A stretch of DNA of 61,496 nt from positions 1 through 61,496 of the forward strand of contig CAJWEW010000006.1 in assembly GCA_913030915.1 (NCBI GenBank), read 5' to 3'. Below are positions 1-9,636 of this stretch, one piece after another. The notes beneath the pieces were generated by a model. The model did no database searches. It was not told where the DNA came from and saw nothing but the letters and a program-made list of their open reading frames with translations. Both the position numbers and the translations under genes were made by a program. Positions within the stretch are counted from its first letter, which is position 1. Each line of letters opens with the position of its first letter. The stretch comes from an uncultured Rhodobiaceae bacterium (lineage in GTDB: Bacteria > Pseudomonadota > Alphaproteobacteria > Rhizobiales > TMED25).

Positions 1-747
1 AACAGGACAGGCTTTAGTAATCCACTACTGCTGCCGAGACCAACAGACATCGTAGCATCCATCTGGAAAATTTATGTTACACAAGGCAACGTATGGTACC
101 ATCTATGGGTAACTTTCAAAGAAGCAATGGTCGGTTGCTTTATTGGTTGTGTTATAGGTATCGGGCTAGCTGTCGCAGCTGTATTAAGTGATACTTTTAG
201 GCAGTTCTTAAAGCCATATATTATTATCGTTGAAGCTACACCTAGGATTGCCCTAGGCCCTATCTTCGTCACATGGTTTGGATTTGGTATGAGCTCAAAA
301 GTTGCTCTCGCTGCATTAGTTTGCTTCTTTGCGCCTTTTGTTAATACCATAACAGGACTACTTGGAGTTGAAGAGGAGTCATATGAACTTTTCCGATCCC
401 TTGGTGCGACACGAAGACAGGTGTTTTGGAAACTTATGATACCAACTGCCCTACCTACCATGAATGCTGGGCTTAAGCTAGCCGTTGGATCGGCCTTTGG
501 CGGTGCATTAGTGGCCGAGTTTATTTCAGCACAGGCCGGTATGGGAATCCTAATGGCACGTTATACAATGTCGCTAAATATGCCGTCTGCATTCGCAGGG
601 CTTTTATCAATTACTCTCTATGGCTTTATTCTTTTTAGAATAATGGAAATTATCGACAAGAGGGTTTTATATTGGTTAAGCGATGATCTAATGGCCAAGA
701 AAAGCGTAAAAAAAGAAACTAAAATTAGAGGGGAGCTAGGACTATGA
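1..747 (+). CDS. NitT/TauT-family ABC transporter permease (5' truncated)
   Basis: Frame is open from base 1 (NRTGFSNPLLLPRPTDIVASIW...). PRIALGP motif, EAA-like loop (ELFRSLGATRRQVF) and AEFI...GMG C-terminal motif. Confidence 0.9.
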   Translation, partial: NRTGFSNPLLLPRPTDIVASIWKIYVTQGNVWYHLWVTFKEAMVGCFIGCVIGIGLAVAAVLSDTFRQFLKPYIIIVEATPRIALGPIFVTWFGFGMSSKVALAALVCFFAPFVNTITGLLGVEEESYELFRSLGATRRQVFWKLMIPTALPTMNAGLKLAVGSAFGGALVAEFISAQAGMGILMARYTMSLNMPSAFAGLLSITLYGFILFRIMEIIDKRVLYWLSDDLMAKKSVKKETKIRGELGL

Positions 748-1616
748 GTGATATTGGTTCAGACGGCGTATTAGCCGGAGTAAAGGAACTTTCTCCTATA
801 CAAAAACTTGCTATGCATGGACTCGTCTTCCTAATTATATTTGGTGGATGGGAAGTTGGTGCAAGACTGGGTTATGTTAACGAATTAATCTTACCGGCTC
901 CAACATCTATCGCATACAGACTATATGAGATGTTTTTTGTTACAGGGTCAATTTACTGGCACTACATCATCACAATGTATGAAGCAACAATGGGCTTCAT
1001 TATTGGTGTGAGTATCGGGATGGGTTTAGCAATTACTGCTGCAATTAGCCCTGTCTTCAGAAGATACTGGGCACCGTATGCAGTCGTGTTTAATGTTACA
1101 CCAGGGATCGCAGTAACACCTTTCATTATTGCTTGGTTTGGATTTGGGTGGAGCTCAAAGATCGCACTAGCTGCACTTGTGTGCTTTTTCCCGCCTTTCA
1201 TCAACACATTGACAGGTCTACTACACATCGATAAGGATGCAACAGAATTGTTTAGATCACTTGGCTCGACCAAGAAACAGTTCTTCTGGAAGTGTCAAAT
1301 ACCTAGCGCACTTCCAATCATCATAGCGGGATTAAAACTTGCCATGACTGGTGCGTTAATTGGTACAATCGTTGCGCAGTTCTTCTCTGCATCAGAGGGT
1401 GTAGGAATTCTTATGCAAAGGTTTGCATTCAGATTAAACATGGATGGAAGTTTCGCTGCACTGATAGTAATGTCTCTTATGGGGCTAAGTCTATTCACAC
1501 TCATGGAATATATGGACTACAAAGTGCTGTACTGGAGAAGACACTCAAGAATGGAAGAGGTTGGATCCAAGAGAAAAAGAAAATGGCTTGCAGAGAATGG
1601 AGATTTTTCTGCGTAA
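744..1616 (+). CDS. NitT/TauT-family ABC transporter permease (second subunit)
   Basis: ILPAP, PGIAVTP and ELFRSLGS motifs. Clear paralog of the upstream permease, with ATGA overlap. Confidence 0.9.
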   Translation: MSDIGSDGVLAGVKELSPIQKLAMHGLVFLIIFGGWEVGARLGYVNELILPAPTSIAYRLYEMFFVTGSIYWHYIITMYEATMGFIIGVSIGMGLAITAAISPVFRRYWAPYAVVFNVTPGIAVTPFIIAWFGFGWSSKIALAALVCFFPPFINTLTGLLHIDKDATELFRSLGSTKKQFFWKCQIPSALPIIIAGLKLAMTGALIGTIVAQFFSASEGVGILMQRFAFRLNMDGSFAALIVMSLMGLSLFTLMEYMDYKVLYWRRHSRMEEVGSKRKRKWLAENGDFSA

Positions 1617-1636
1617 TCTATAAAATCTTTGAACAC

Positions 1637-1669
1637 AAAAACCCAACCTGAAATAGGTTGGGTTTTTTT
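1637..1669. terminator. Bidirectional rho-independent terminator
   Basis: AAAAACCCAACCT-gaaat-AGGTTGGGTTTTTTT perfect stem with A and T tails between convergent genes. Confidence 0.85.
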
Positions 1670-1672
1670 ATC

Positions 1673-2530
1673 TTATCTGTCTAAGAATACTTTTGCTTTT
1701 TTGTACATCGCATAATCAACCATCTTGTTCTCGAAGGTAATTGCAGCGAGTCCATTTTTCTCTGCCTCTTCAAAGACCTCAACCATTTTTGTATAATATT
1801 CAATCTCTTTTGGATCTGGCTCATATGCCTCTCTTGCAATTTTAATGTGACTTGGGTGTATTAACGTTCGCCCATCATAACCAATTCGCTTGCTCAGTTC
1901 ACATTCGGCCTTGAGTCCCTCGAGATCTGCAATACCGCCATAAGCCCCATCTAGCACATAAGGCATTTTCGCGGCCCTTGCCTCGACAAGAGATCTTGAT
2001 CGAGAATAATTTAATTCAAACCCATCAATTGACCAGTCGGATCTTAAATCTCGTTGAAGGTCGCCGTCCTCTGCACTACCAAAGACGATTGACTCCACTC
2101 GTTCCGCTGCTGAACATATATCAAAACATTTGATGACCCCAAGCGCTGTTTCAATTAATAAAAGGAGTTTAATAGAATTTTTCTCCAGACCTTTCTTTTT
2201 TTCTTCATCTGAAATAATTTCATCTACAAATTTTACCTGATCAACTGACTCAGCCATAGGCAATGCAATACCGTAAATATTCTTTTGTGTTACAGCCCTC
2301 AGGTCATTTTCAAGAAATTCTTTTTCACTATTAACCCTGACTAAAGCTGTGATATCAAGTTTTGGAATAATATTTTTTGAAATATTATCTCTGACTTCAC
2401 TTTTCAGATTCAAAGGAACAGCATCCTCAAAATCTATTATTATCCCGTCTGGCTCAAAACGAGATGCCTTTTCAATTAATTCCGGTTTATTACCGGGGGT
2501 ATATAGCGTTATTAATGGCTTATTATTCAT
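1673..2530 (-). CDS. CitE-like CoA-ester lyase (HpcH/HpaI aldolase/citrate lyase family)
   Basis: LYTPG...IIDFEDAV, VRVN, LIETALGV and GYDGRTLIHP motifs. Confidence 0.88.
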   Translation of the reverse strand: MNNKPLITLYTPGNKPELIEKASRFEPDGIIIDFEDAVPLNLKSEVRDNISKNIIPKLDITALVRVNSEKEFLENDLRAVTQKNIYGIALPMAESVDQVKFVDEIISDEEKKKGLEKNSIKLLLLIETALGVIKCFDICSAAERVESIVFGSAEDGDLQRDLRSDWSIDGFELNYSRSRSLVEARAAKMPYVLDGAYGGIADLEGLKAECELSKRIGYDGRTLIHPSHIKIAREAYEPDPKEIEYYTKMVEVFEEAEKNGLAAITFENKMVDYAMYKKAKVFLDR

Positions 2531-2545
2531 TTTTTATCCTCATAT

Positions 2546-3742
2546 TTAAATTATACCTTCTTCTTTTAATTTTTTAATTTCGTCAATTTTCATACCTAAT
2601 CGTTGCTTAAATATTTCATCATTATCTGCCCCGATCTCTTTTCCAAGAAATTTTATATTTCCTGGTGTTCTTGAAAACTTTGGAAAAATATTCTCTGTCT
2701 TAATTTTCTTACCATTATCAACAACAGTTGTCACCATTTCCCGGAATTGTGCGTGGATATTTTCCATTATATCTTGGATATTATAGACAGGGCCCATTGG
2801 CACGGACTCTTTATGAAGTAATTTGGATACCTCTTCAAGGCTATGCTCTGACATCCAATCAGATATATATCGATCCAGCTCTTTAACATGCACTATACGA
2901 TTTGCGTTATTTGAAAATTTTGGATTTTTTATCAATTCAGGTCTACCTATAACCTTAAAAAGTCTCTCGGCAGTTGTTTGTGTTGCCCCGGCAAGCGCCA
3001 CCCACTTCCCGTCTTTTGTTTTATAGGTATTTCTGGGCGCACTCGTTGGCGCAGTATTGCCCATTCTAGATGGTATCTCACCCGTCAAATCAAAAACCAT
3101 TGCATTTGGACCAAGAATAGAGAATAGACTCTCCCAGATGCTGACATCTATGACTTGACCTTTTTTTGATTCATTCACATCTCTATTATAAATTGCAAAC
3201 ATTGCAGATAATGCAGAATAAAATCCGGCGAGGGTGTCAGCTAAAGCAAATTGAGGTAATGTTGGCACGCCATCCTTTTCTCCAGTCATTTCAGCAAAAC
3301 CACTCATGGCTTCCATTAATGTTCCAAATCCCGGCTGATTAGCATAGGGACCACTCTGTCCATACCCACTTACTCTCACAATTACTAATCTTGGATATTT
3401 TTTTTGGAGCTCTGCAATATCAATACCCCAATCGTCTAGTCTACCTGGTCTAAAATTCTCTATAAACACATCAGCATCTTCTAATAGCTTAAATAAAATA
3501 TTTCTGCCTTTCTCTTTCGATATATTCAAAGTTATTAGCTTTTTGTTCCTTGCGTAGGTTTTCCACCATGGGTTTATACCATCTACTTCAAATCCAAAAT
3601 TCCGCAGATGATCTCCCTTTATAGGAGTTTCAATATGTAAAACCTCTGCGCCAAAGTCAGCTAATAATCTGCCACATAATGGAGCTGCAATGACCGTTGC
3701 GCACTCAACTACCTTCAGCCCAGTTAAAGCATCATTTTTCAT
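2546..3742 (-). CDS. Family III CoA-transferase (CaiB/BaiF)
   Basis: IAAP..LLADFGAEV, RNKK, ADVFIENFRPG, SGYGQSGPY, and catalytic Asp in LADT. Confidence 0.93.
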   Translation of the reverse strand: MKNDALTGLKVVECATVIAAPLCGRLLADFGAEVLHIETPIKGDHLRNFGFEVDGINPWWKTYARNKKLITLNISKEKGRNILFKLLEDADVFIENFRPGRLDDWGIDIAELQKKYPRLVIVRVSGYGQSGPYANQPGFGTLMEAMSGFAEMTGEKDGVPTLPQFALADTLAGFYSALSAMFAIYNRDVNESKKGQVIDVSIWESLFSILGPNAMVFDLTGEIPSRMGNTAPTSAPRNTYKTKDGKWVALAGATQTTAERLFKVIGRPELIKNPKFSNNANRIVHVKELDRYISDWMSEHSLEEVSKLLHKESVPMGPVYNIQDIMENIHAQFREMVTTVVDNGKKIKTENIFPKFSRTPGNIKFLGKEIGADNDEIFKQRLGMKIDEIKKLKEEGII

Positions 3743-3866
3743 TCACACGACTTTCTATGGTTAATATGTTGATAGAGTATTTCACAATTTTTTTAATTAT
3801 TACAAAACAGTGTATTTATTATAATATATCACAATATACAAACAACTTAAAGTCAGGGGAATTAAA

Positions 3867-5534
3867 ATGCCAAAAATGACAGGTGGAAGATTTATTGCAG
3901 AATTTCTTGAAAAATCTGGTGTAGATGCTGTTTTTTATGTACCAACCATATTAAGCAGACCATTGGCTGAGATGGATAATATGAAAATAAAAAGGGTCTT
4001 GGCTCACGCTGAAAAATCTGCCGCATATATGGCAGACGGTTATGCTAGAGCTTCTGGAAAGCCTGGAGTTTGCGCAGCTCAAGCAGTCGGCGCAGCAAAC
4101 TTAGCGGCTGGATTAAGAGATGCACTTCTTGGAAACAGCCCTATAGTTGCTCTAACCGGTGGCAGGAAATCAATGGAAAAACATAAAGGTGCTTATCAAG
4201 AGAATGATGATTACCCAATATTTGAAAAGCTTACCAAAGCAAATTTTCAGGTTGATCAAGTTGAGCGGTTACCTGATCTTATGCGCCAGGCATTCAGAGA
4301 AGCTACAACAGGAAATCCAGGTCCTGTGAATCTGCAGATGGCAGGTAATAATGGACAAATAGAAGATGACTATGCTGAGTTAGAGCTAATTGTTGAAGAT
4401 AGATATACAAAAACACCTTCACATAGATTTTCACCACCAATTGAAGAAATCAAACAAGCCCTCAGAGTGATAGAAAAGGCAAAAAAACCTGTGATCATTT
4501 TAGGTGGTGGGGCAAGAATATCGGATGCAGGAGAAGAGGCACATGAATTTTCCAAAAAAACAGGAATTCCAATTGCAACTTCAGTTGCGGCGTATAATTT
4601 AATTCCTGAAGATTACGAGCTATACATTGGGGTTCCTGGGACATATTCAAGAGAATGCACTAATAGAATTTTATCGGAAGCCGATCTATTTATCTTCATC
4701 GGATCTAGCACGGGTGGTCAAGTTACCCATTTTTGGAAAATTCCCGAAATAGGGACAAAAGTTATTCAGATTGGTATTGACCCAAGTGATTTAGGTAGAA
4801 ACTATCCAAATGAAATTAGTTTACTCGGTGACGCTAAAACTACATTGCAGCAAATTTTGAAAGAGAATTTAACTAAGTTAAAAATTGACGATTGGAGAGA
4901 AAAATCAACAAACATTGTAAATGAGTGGAAAGCCGAATTAAATAAACTGAGAGATTCTGACAGCAAACCAATCAGGCCAGAAAGACTTATGAAAGAGCTT
5001 TCTGAGGTAATTCCAGAAGACTCAATAGTTGCATCAGATACAGGTCACACTGCAATGTGGACAGTACAGAACTTGTGGATGAATAAGAAATGGAACTTTA
5101 TTCGTTGCGCTGGCTCGCTGGGCTGGGGTTTTCCTGCAGCTATCGGGGCTAAGTGTGCTTTTCCGGATAAGAATGTCTTTTGTCTAACAGGTGATGGTGG
5201 ATTGTGGTATCATTTCACCGAATTAGAAACGGCAGTTCGATCTGATATCCCAACAATCACAATTGTAAATAATAATAATGCTCTAAATCAAGAGTATGAT
5301 ATTTTTATGAATGCCTATGATGGTAAGCCATCAAATAGATGGACAGAGATGTGGTATTTTAACAAAGTTAGCTTTGCCGAATTAGCTAACAATATGGGTG
5401 CTTTTGGGATAAGGGTTACAGATCCTGTCGATATTAAAGAGGCAGTGAAAGAGGCAATGAAATCTAAAAAACCATCAATTGTTGAGATTGACGGTGATGT
5501 AAATGCTTTAGCGCCAACTGCTTGGTCAAAATAA
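3867..5534 (+). CDS. Thiamine diphosphate-dependent enzyme (acetolactate synthase-like family, substrate unknown)
   Basis: HAE..AAYMADGYAR and the GDGG...NN ThDP motif. The housekeeping ilvI is elsewhere in the window. Confidence 0.88.
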   Translation: MPKMTGGRFIAEFLEKSGVDAVFYVPTILSRPLAEMDNMKIKRVLAHAEKSAAYMADGYARASGKPGVCAAQAVGAANLAAGLRDALLGNSPIVALTGGRKSMEKHKGAYQENDDYPIFEKLTKANFQVDQVERLPDLMRQAFREATTGNPGPVNLQMAGNNGQIEDDYAELELIVEDRYTKTPSHRFSPPIEEIKQALRVIEKAKKPVIILGGGARISDAGEEAHEFSKKTGIPIATSVAAYNLIPEDYELYIGVPGTYSRECTNRILSEADLFIFIGSSTGGQVTHFWKIPEIGTKVIQIGIDPSDLGRNYPNEISLLGDAKTTLQQILKENLTKLKIDDWREKSTNIVNEWKAELNKLRDSDSKPIRPERLMKELSEVIPEDSIVASDTGHTAMWTVQNLWMNKKWNFIRCAGSLGWGFPAAIGAKCAFPDKNVFCLTGDGGLWYHFTELETAVRSDIPTITIVNNNNALNQEYDIFMNAYDGKPSNRWTEMWYFNKVSFAELANNMGAFGIRVTDPVDIKEAVKEAMKSKKPSIVEIDGDVNALAPTAWSK

Positions 5535-5555
5535 AATCGATTACGCCTGATTTAT

Positions 5556-6794
5556 ATGTATTTTAATAAAAAAAGAGCAGATAAATTAATGGATCAATTT
5601 GATATTGATCTATTAATTGCTTCGACCCCTGAGAATGTTACCTACATCAGTGATACAGTAAGCTGGGCGCCGAAGGTTTATTCTTATTCTGTTGACATGT
5701 TCGCAACTTATTTCAGAGATAATAATCTCAACTCAAGCTTGATTGTGCCAAGTCAAGAGATGACTTATGTATCTGCATCGAATACGTGGATAAATGACTT
5801 TTATACTTACGGCGGAAAAAGTTCTCTCATTCAAGAAAGTGAGCAGGTTATAGAGTCAGCTGAAGAGAATGCGTATCTTAATTTACAAAATAGTGATGAT
5901 AAAAGATTTCCAACTGCTGTTGAGGCTTTGATCGCGTCAATCAAGAATAACACAACAAAGAAACTTAGGGTCGCTATTGATGAAGATAAAATGACTCATA
6001 AATCCACACTGAAACTTCAAGAAGAGTTGGATAACTGTGAATTGATACCTTCTTCTGATTTATTGAGGCTGATAAGAATGGTTAAGACTAATGATGAAAT
6101 TAGTGCAATGAAAGCAGCGGCAGATCTGAACGAAACCGCCTGTACAAAGGCATGTAATGAAATAAAGATTGGCATGAAAGAATTAGATATTGCAGAAATA
6201 TATGCCCAAGAAGTAGGAAAAGGGCTCGGTAAATGGTTGTGGTTTCATTTCGGTTCAGGAAGAAGGTCAGTTGGGATATTCCCACCTACAGAAAAAAAAA
6301 TACAGGTAGGTGAAATGTGGAAATTTGATGCTGGGCTATCTCTAAATAATTATCAAGCAGATACAGGTTGGGGAGGAGTTATAGGGCAACCAAATGCGCA
6401 GCAGAATATGATATGGGAAGCCACTCTGAGCGGATATGACGCAGCTATGTCTGTAATAAAAGAGGGTGTTAGACCGTCAGAGATACAGAAAGCAATGCTA
6501 AAGGGGACACAAGATGGTGGCTTAACCGACCATTCAGGAACTTTTGCTGGCCATGCTATTGGACTTGAGATGAGAGAATTACCTTACGTTCTAGGGAATA
6601 AAAAAATGGTGAATAGTTTATATCTGCCTGAAGATACTGATATACCATTACCTGAAAATACTGTTTTGTGTATTGAAAACCCGTGCCAAATATTTGGTGT
6701 AGGCGGGACCCAGATTGAGCAAACAATTATCGTTAAAAAAAATGGATACGAATTACTAACAAAACAAAATAGAAAACTTTGGATTATTGAGTAG
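5556..6794 (+). CDS. M24 (Xaa-Pro peptidase/creatinase fold) family hydrolase
   Basis: Creatinase-like N domain, RMVKT..EI, FDAG...YQAD, GHAIGLE, CIEN and QIEQ metal-ligand pattern. Confidence 0.85.
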   Translation: MYFNKKRADKLMDQFDIDLLIASTPENVTYISDTVSWAPKVYSYSVDMFATYFRDNNLNSSLIVPSQEMTYVSASNTWINDFYTYGGKSSLIQESEQVIESAEENAYLNLQNSDDKRFPTAVEALIASIKNNTTKKLRVAIDEDKMTHKSTLKLQEELDNCELIPSSDLLRLIRMVKTNDEISAMKAAADLNETACTKACNEIKIGMKELDIAEIYAQEVGKGLGKWLWFHFGSGRRSVGIFPPTEKKIQVGEMWKFDAGLSLNNYQADTGWGGVIGQPNAQQNMIWEATLSGYDAAMSVIKEGVRPSEIQKAMLKGTQDGGLTDHSGTFAGHAIGLEMRELPYVLGNKKMVNSLYLPEDTDIPLPENTVLCIENPCQIFGVGGTQIEQTIIVKKNGYELLTKQNRKLWIIE

Positions 6795-7629
6795 CCATAA
6801 CACGCTGAATAAATTCAGACATCGACTCTGCAATTTGATCCTCATATTCTGCCCAATCACTCCATGGTATTAAATCGACATCGACATCATCAATTGGTAG
6901 TTGAAATAACTCACTATTTCCAAGCATTTCATAAGCTGCAATACCGCTTACCGAGTTATGCGTATTATCATTGCCGGGAATTACTAAGGATGGGATAGTG
7001 ATGGAGCCTAGTTCATCTTGTGTGACCCCCATCACAGGATAGTCAGCTCCGGCGCGAAATTTAACCAATAAGTTTTCTTGTATTTTTATAAATTCATTTA
7101 CATCAAACTGCATTAATTCATTTTCTATATCTGGATTTGTTTTGATATATTCTGCAAACCTTGCAGTATCACAAACGCTTTTCATGCCACCAGACTTGGC
7201 TGCATTGATAAATACCTCATAATAGTTTTTTGGAAGATTGCTTGCTGCAAATTTACCACCTGTAACCCTCATGATAATCAACCCAATTAAATCCTTGGGG
7301 AATTCAAGTGCGTACATTAAGCTTGTTCTTGCACCAGAAGATGATCCAGATATAAAAATATGTTGTTCGTTCAATGATTTAAATAATTTCCTTAATTCCC
7401 TCGCCCAAGTAACTTCCTCAGTATGAGCATCATCAATCAGCATACTTGACTTACCTGTATTTCTTCTATCGTGAAGAAGTATTCTAATGTCATTTTTTGC
7501 AATCTTTTCAGCAAGTGATTTCATCTCAAGATACCCCCTTCTAGCCCCAGGCATAAGAGCTAAAATTGGCTTTCCTGAACCAATGATTTCATACTCAACA
7601 TTTACACCATCGATCAGTTTTTTTACCAT
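6784..7629 (-). CDS. Alpha/beta hydrolase
   Basis: HDRRNTGKS, nucleophile elbow GSSSGA, and PSLVIPGND..H. Confidence 0.85.
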   Translation of the reverse strand: MVKKLIDGVNVEYEIIGSGKPILALMPGARRGYLEMKSLAEKIAKNDIRILLHDRRNTGKSSMLIDDAHTEEVTWARELRKLFKSLNEQHIFISGSSSGARTSLMYALEFPKDLIGLIIMRVTGGKFAASNLPKNYYEVFINAAKSGGMKSVCDTARFAEYIKTNPDIENELMQFDVNEFIKIQENLLVKFRAGADYPVMGVTQDELGSITIPSLVIPGNDNTHNSVSGIAAYEMLGNSELFQLPIDDVDVDLIPWSDWAEYEDQIAESMSEFIQRVMATQ

Positions 7630-7696
7630 ATTCCACCTATTAAATTCCTTACTTTAATTATATAATAAAAGCTCAAACTTTTATAGGGATATTAAA

Positions 7697-8674
7697 GTGA
7701 AAGCATATTTTACAGATATCGTGAATGGTGAGAGTAGGTTGGTTGCAGCAGATATAGATATACCAAAACCAGCCGATGATGAGATATTAATTAAAGTTAG
7801 AGCAACAGCATTAAACAGAGGGGGCTTTATCGTTGGTGGTGTGATGCATGGCGCATCAGCATACCCATCAGGTACTGAGGCTGCGGGTGAAATTGTTCAA
7901 ATCGGATCTAAAGTACAAAAATATAAGCTGGGAGACAGAATCATGGGGCGAGTGATCGGCACAAATTCTGGTTCATACTCAGAATATTGCACGATAAAAG
8001 ATTACCAGGCTATGTTTATTCCAAATGGATTTAGTTGGGAGGAGTCAGCGGCGATACCAGTAAGCTTCCTCGCAGCTTATGACGCACTAATTACTTACGG
8101 TAAGCTATCAAAGAATGACATAGTATTGATAACCTCAATCTCTTCAGCAATCGGCTCTTCTGCTTTAATAATTTCAAAAATTATGGGGGCAATGGTCATT
8201 GGTACATCAACTTCTGATCTAAAACTCGAAAAATTACGAAATTATGGAATGGATTTCGGTATAACCACGCCAGAGACGAATTTTGCAGATAAAATAAAAG
8301 AATTTACCGATGATGGAATAAACTTGGTTGTCAATTGCTTGGGGGGCAGTATTTTCAATGATGCAATGATGGCGTTAAAATTTAAAGGTATTTTTGTGAA
8401 TGTTGGCTACATGGATAATATTACAAATGTAGAAGTAGATTTAAAAAAAATTCATTCGCATAGATATAGTATTCATGGAATATCAAATGCATACGTTACT
8501 CGAAAAGATATAATTAAAACAGTTGAGGGTTTTAAGAAAAATGTCCTGCCATATTTAGGAAAAAATAAAGAAAAGCCAATTATTGACAAAATCTATAATT
8601 TTGATGATATAGATAAGGCTCGGAAGTATATGATGTCTAATAATCAAATCGGTAAGATAGTTGTGAAACTATAA
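7697..8674 (+). CDS. MDR-superfamily NAD(P)H:quinone oxidoreductase-like protein
   Basis: GroES-like domain (GTEAAGEIV..G...GDRI), EESAAIP and GKIVV C-terminus. GTG start. Confidence 0.85.
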   Translation: MKAYFTDIVNGESRLVAADIDIPKPADDEILIKVRATALNRGGFIVGGVMHGASAYPSGTEAAGEIVQIGSKVQKYKLGDRIMGRVIGTNSGSYSEYCTIKDYQAMFIPNGFSWEESAAIPVSFLAAYDALITYGKLSKNDIVLITSISSAIGSSALIISKIMGAMVIGTSTSDLKLEKLRNYGMDFGITTPETNFADKIKEFTDDGINLVVNCLGGSIFNDAMMALKFKGIFVNVGYMDNITNVEVDLKKIHSHRYSIHGISNAYVTRKDIIKTVEGFKKNVLPYLGKNKEKPIIDKIYNFDDIDKARKYMMSNNQIGKIVVKL

Positions 8675-8700
8675 AAAATCTTAAAAAAGGAGAATTTAAT

Positions 8701-9621
8701 ATGGTTAAAAAAGTTGGAATTGTTGGTATGGGATTGATGGGGCAAGCTTTCATATCAAATATGAGGAAATCACAATTTATGATCCAAGGATTTGATGTGG
8801 ACCCAAAAAGAATGGATGATCTGAAAGATCAAGGAGGCACCCCAGTTAATACTCCAGCAGATGCCGCCAAAGATGTTGACTGTGTCATTATGTCACTTCC
8901 TAATAGTAACATTGCTAGAGAAGCTGCAATTGGTGCAAACGGAATATCTCACGGTGTAAATACTGAAAATTTATATATATGCGATACCACAACCTCAAGA
9001 CCAGAAGATTCGGTGTCACTGTCCGCTGAACTGGAAAAAAAGGGTATAAAATTCTTAGACTCGGCAGTAAGCGGCACAAGTGTAATGGCTAAAGATGGCG
9101 ATTTAATTGTAATTGCTGGAGGAAAAAAAGAGGATTTTGAAGCCTGTACTGCTTATTTTGAGGGTTTTAGTCGAGGTGCTTATTACATGGGACCGGTTGG
9201 TTCAGGAGCAAGAACGAAGCTTGTTATAAATCTTATTTTAGCTGGCAATAGACTGGCTCTCGCGGAAGGTTTGGTCTTGGGGCATAAAGCTGGTCTCGAA
9301 CAAAATAATTTGCTTGAGGTATTAAAAGACAGCGCTGCATCGTCAAAGACAATGATTGATAAGGGTCCAAAAATGATTAATGCTGACTATTCAAAGCAAG
9401 GGCAAATAAAGACTTCTCTTAAAGATAATAGACTTATGATTGAGCAAGGGCAAATTCTTGGCTCACCAACATTATTGACTTCCGTTTTATCACAGATATA
9501 TCAAGCAGCATATGAAAAAGGCTATGCAGAAAAAGATACTGTGTCATTTTATGAAATAATGAGAGGTATGGCGGGGCTTGATGAACGCGAAGGAATTGAT
9601 GATGTTCCATTTGGTAAATAA
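8701..9621 (+). CDS. Beta-hydroxyacid dehydrogenase (3-hydroxyisobutyrate dehydrogenase family)
   Basis: GxGxMG Rossmann motif, LDSAVSG, catalytic Lys in GARTKLVIN. Strong AGGAG RBS. Confidence 0.9.
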   Translation: MVKKVGIVGMGLMGQAFISNMRKSQFMIQGFDVDPKRMDDLKDQGGTPVNTPADAAKDVDCVIMSLPNSNIAREAAIGANGISHGVNTENLYICDTTTSRPEDSVSLSAELEKKGIKFLDSAVSGTSVMAKDGDLIVIAGGKKEDFEACTAYFEGFSRGAYYMGPVGSGARTKLVINLILAGNRLALAEGLVLGHKAGLEQNNLLEVLKDSAASSKTMIDKGPKMINADYSKQGQIKTSLKDNRLMIEQGQILGSPTLLTSVLSQIYQAAYEKGYAEKDTVSFYEIMRGMAGLDEREGIDDVPFGK

Positions 9622-9636
9622 TTTTTCATAACTAAA

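Noticed and set aside
3867-5534. Calling this gene ilvB/ilvI
   Set aside because: The true AHAS with its small subunit is at 33685-36027, and this copy lacks AHAS-specific motifs.
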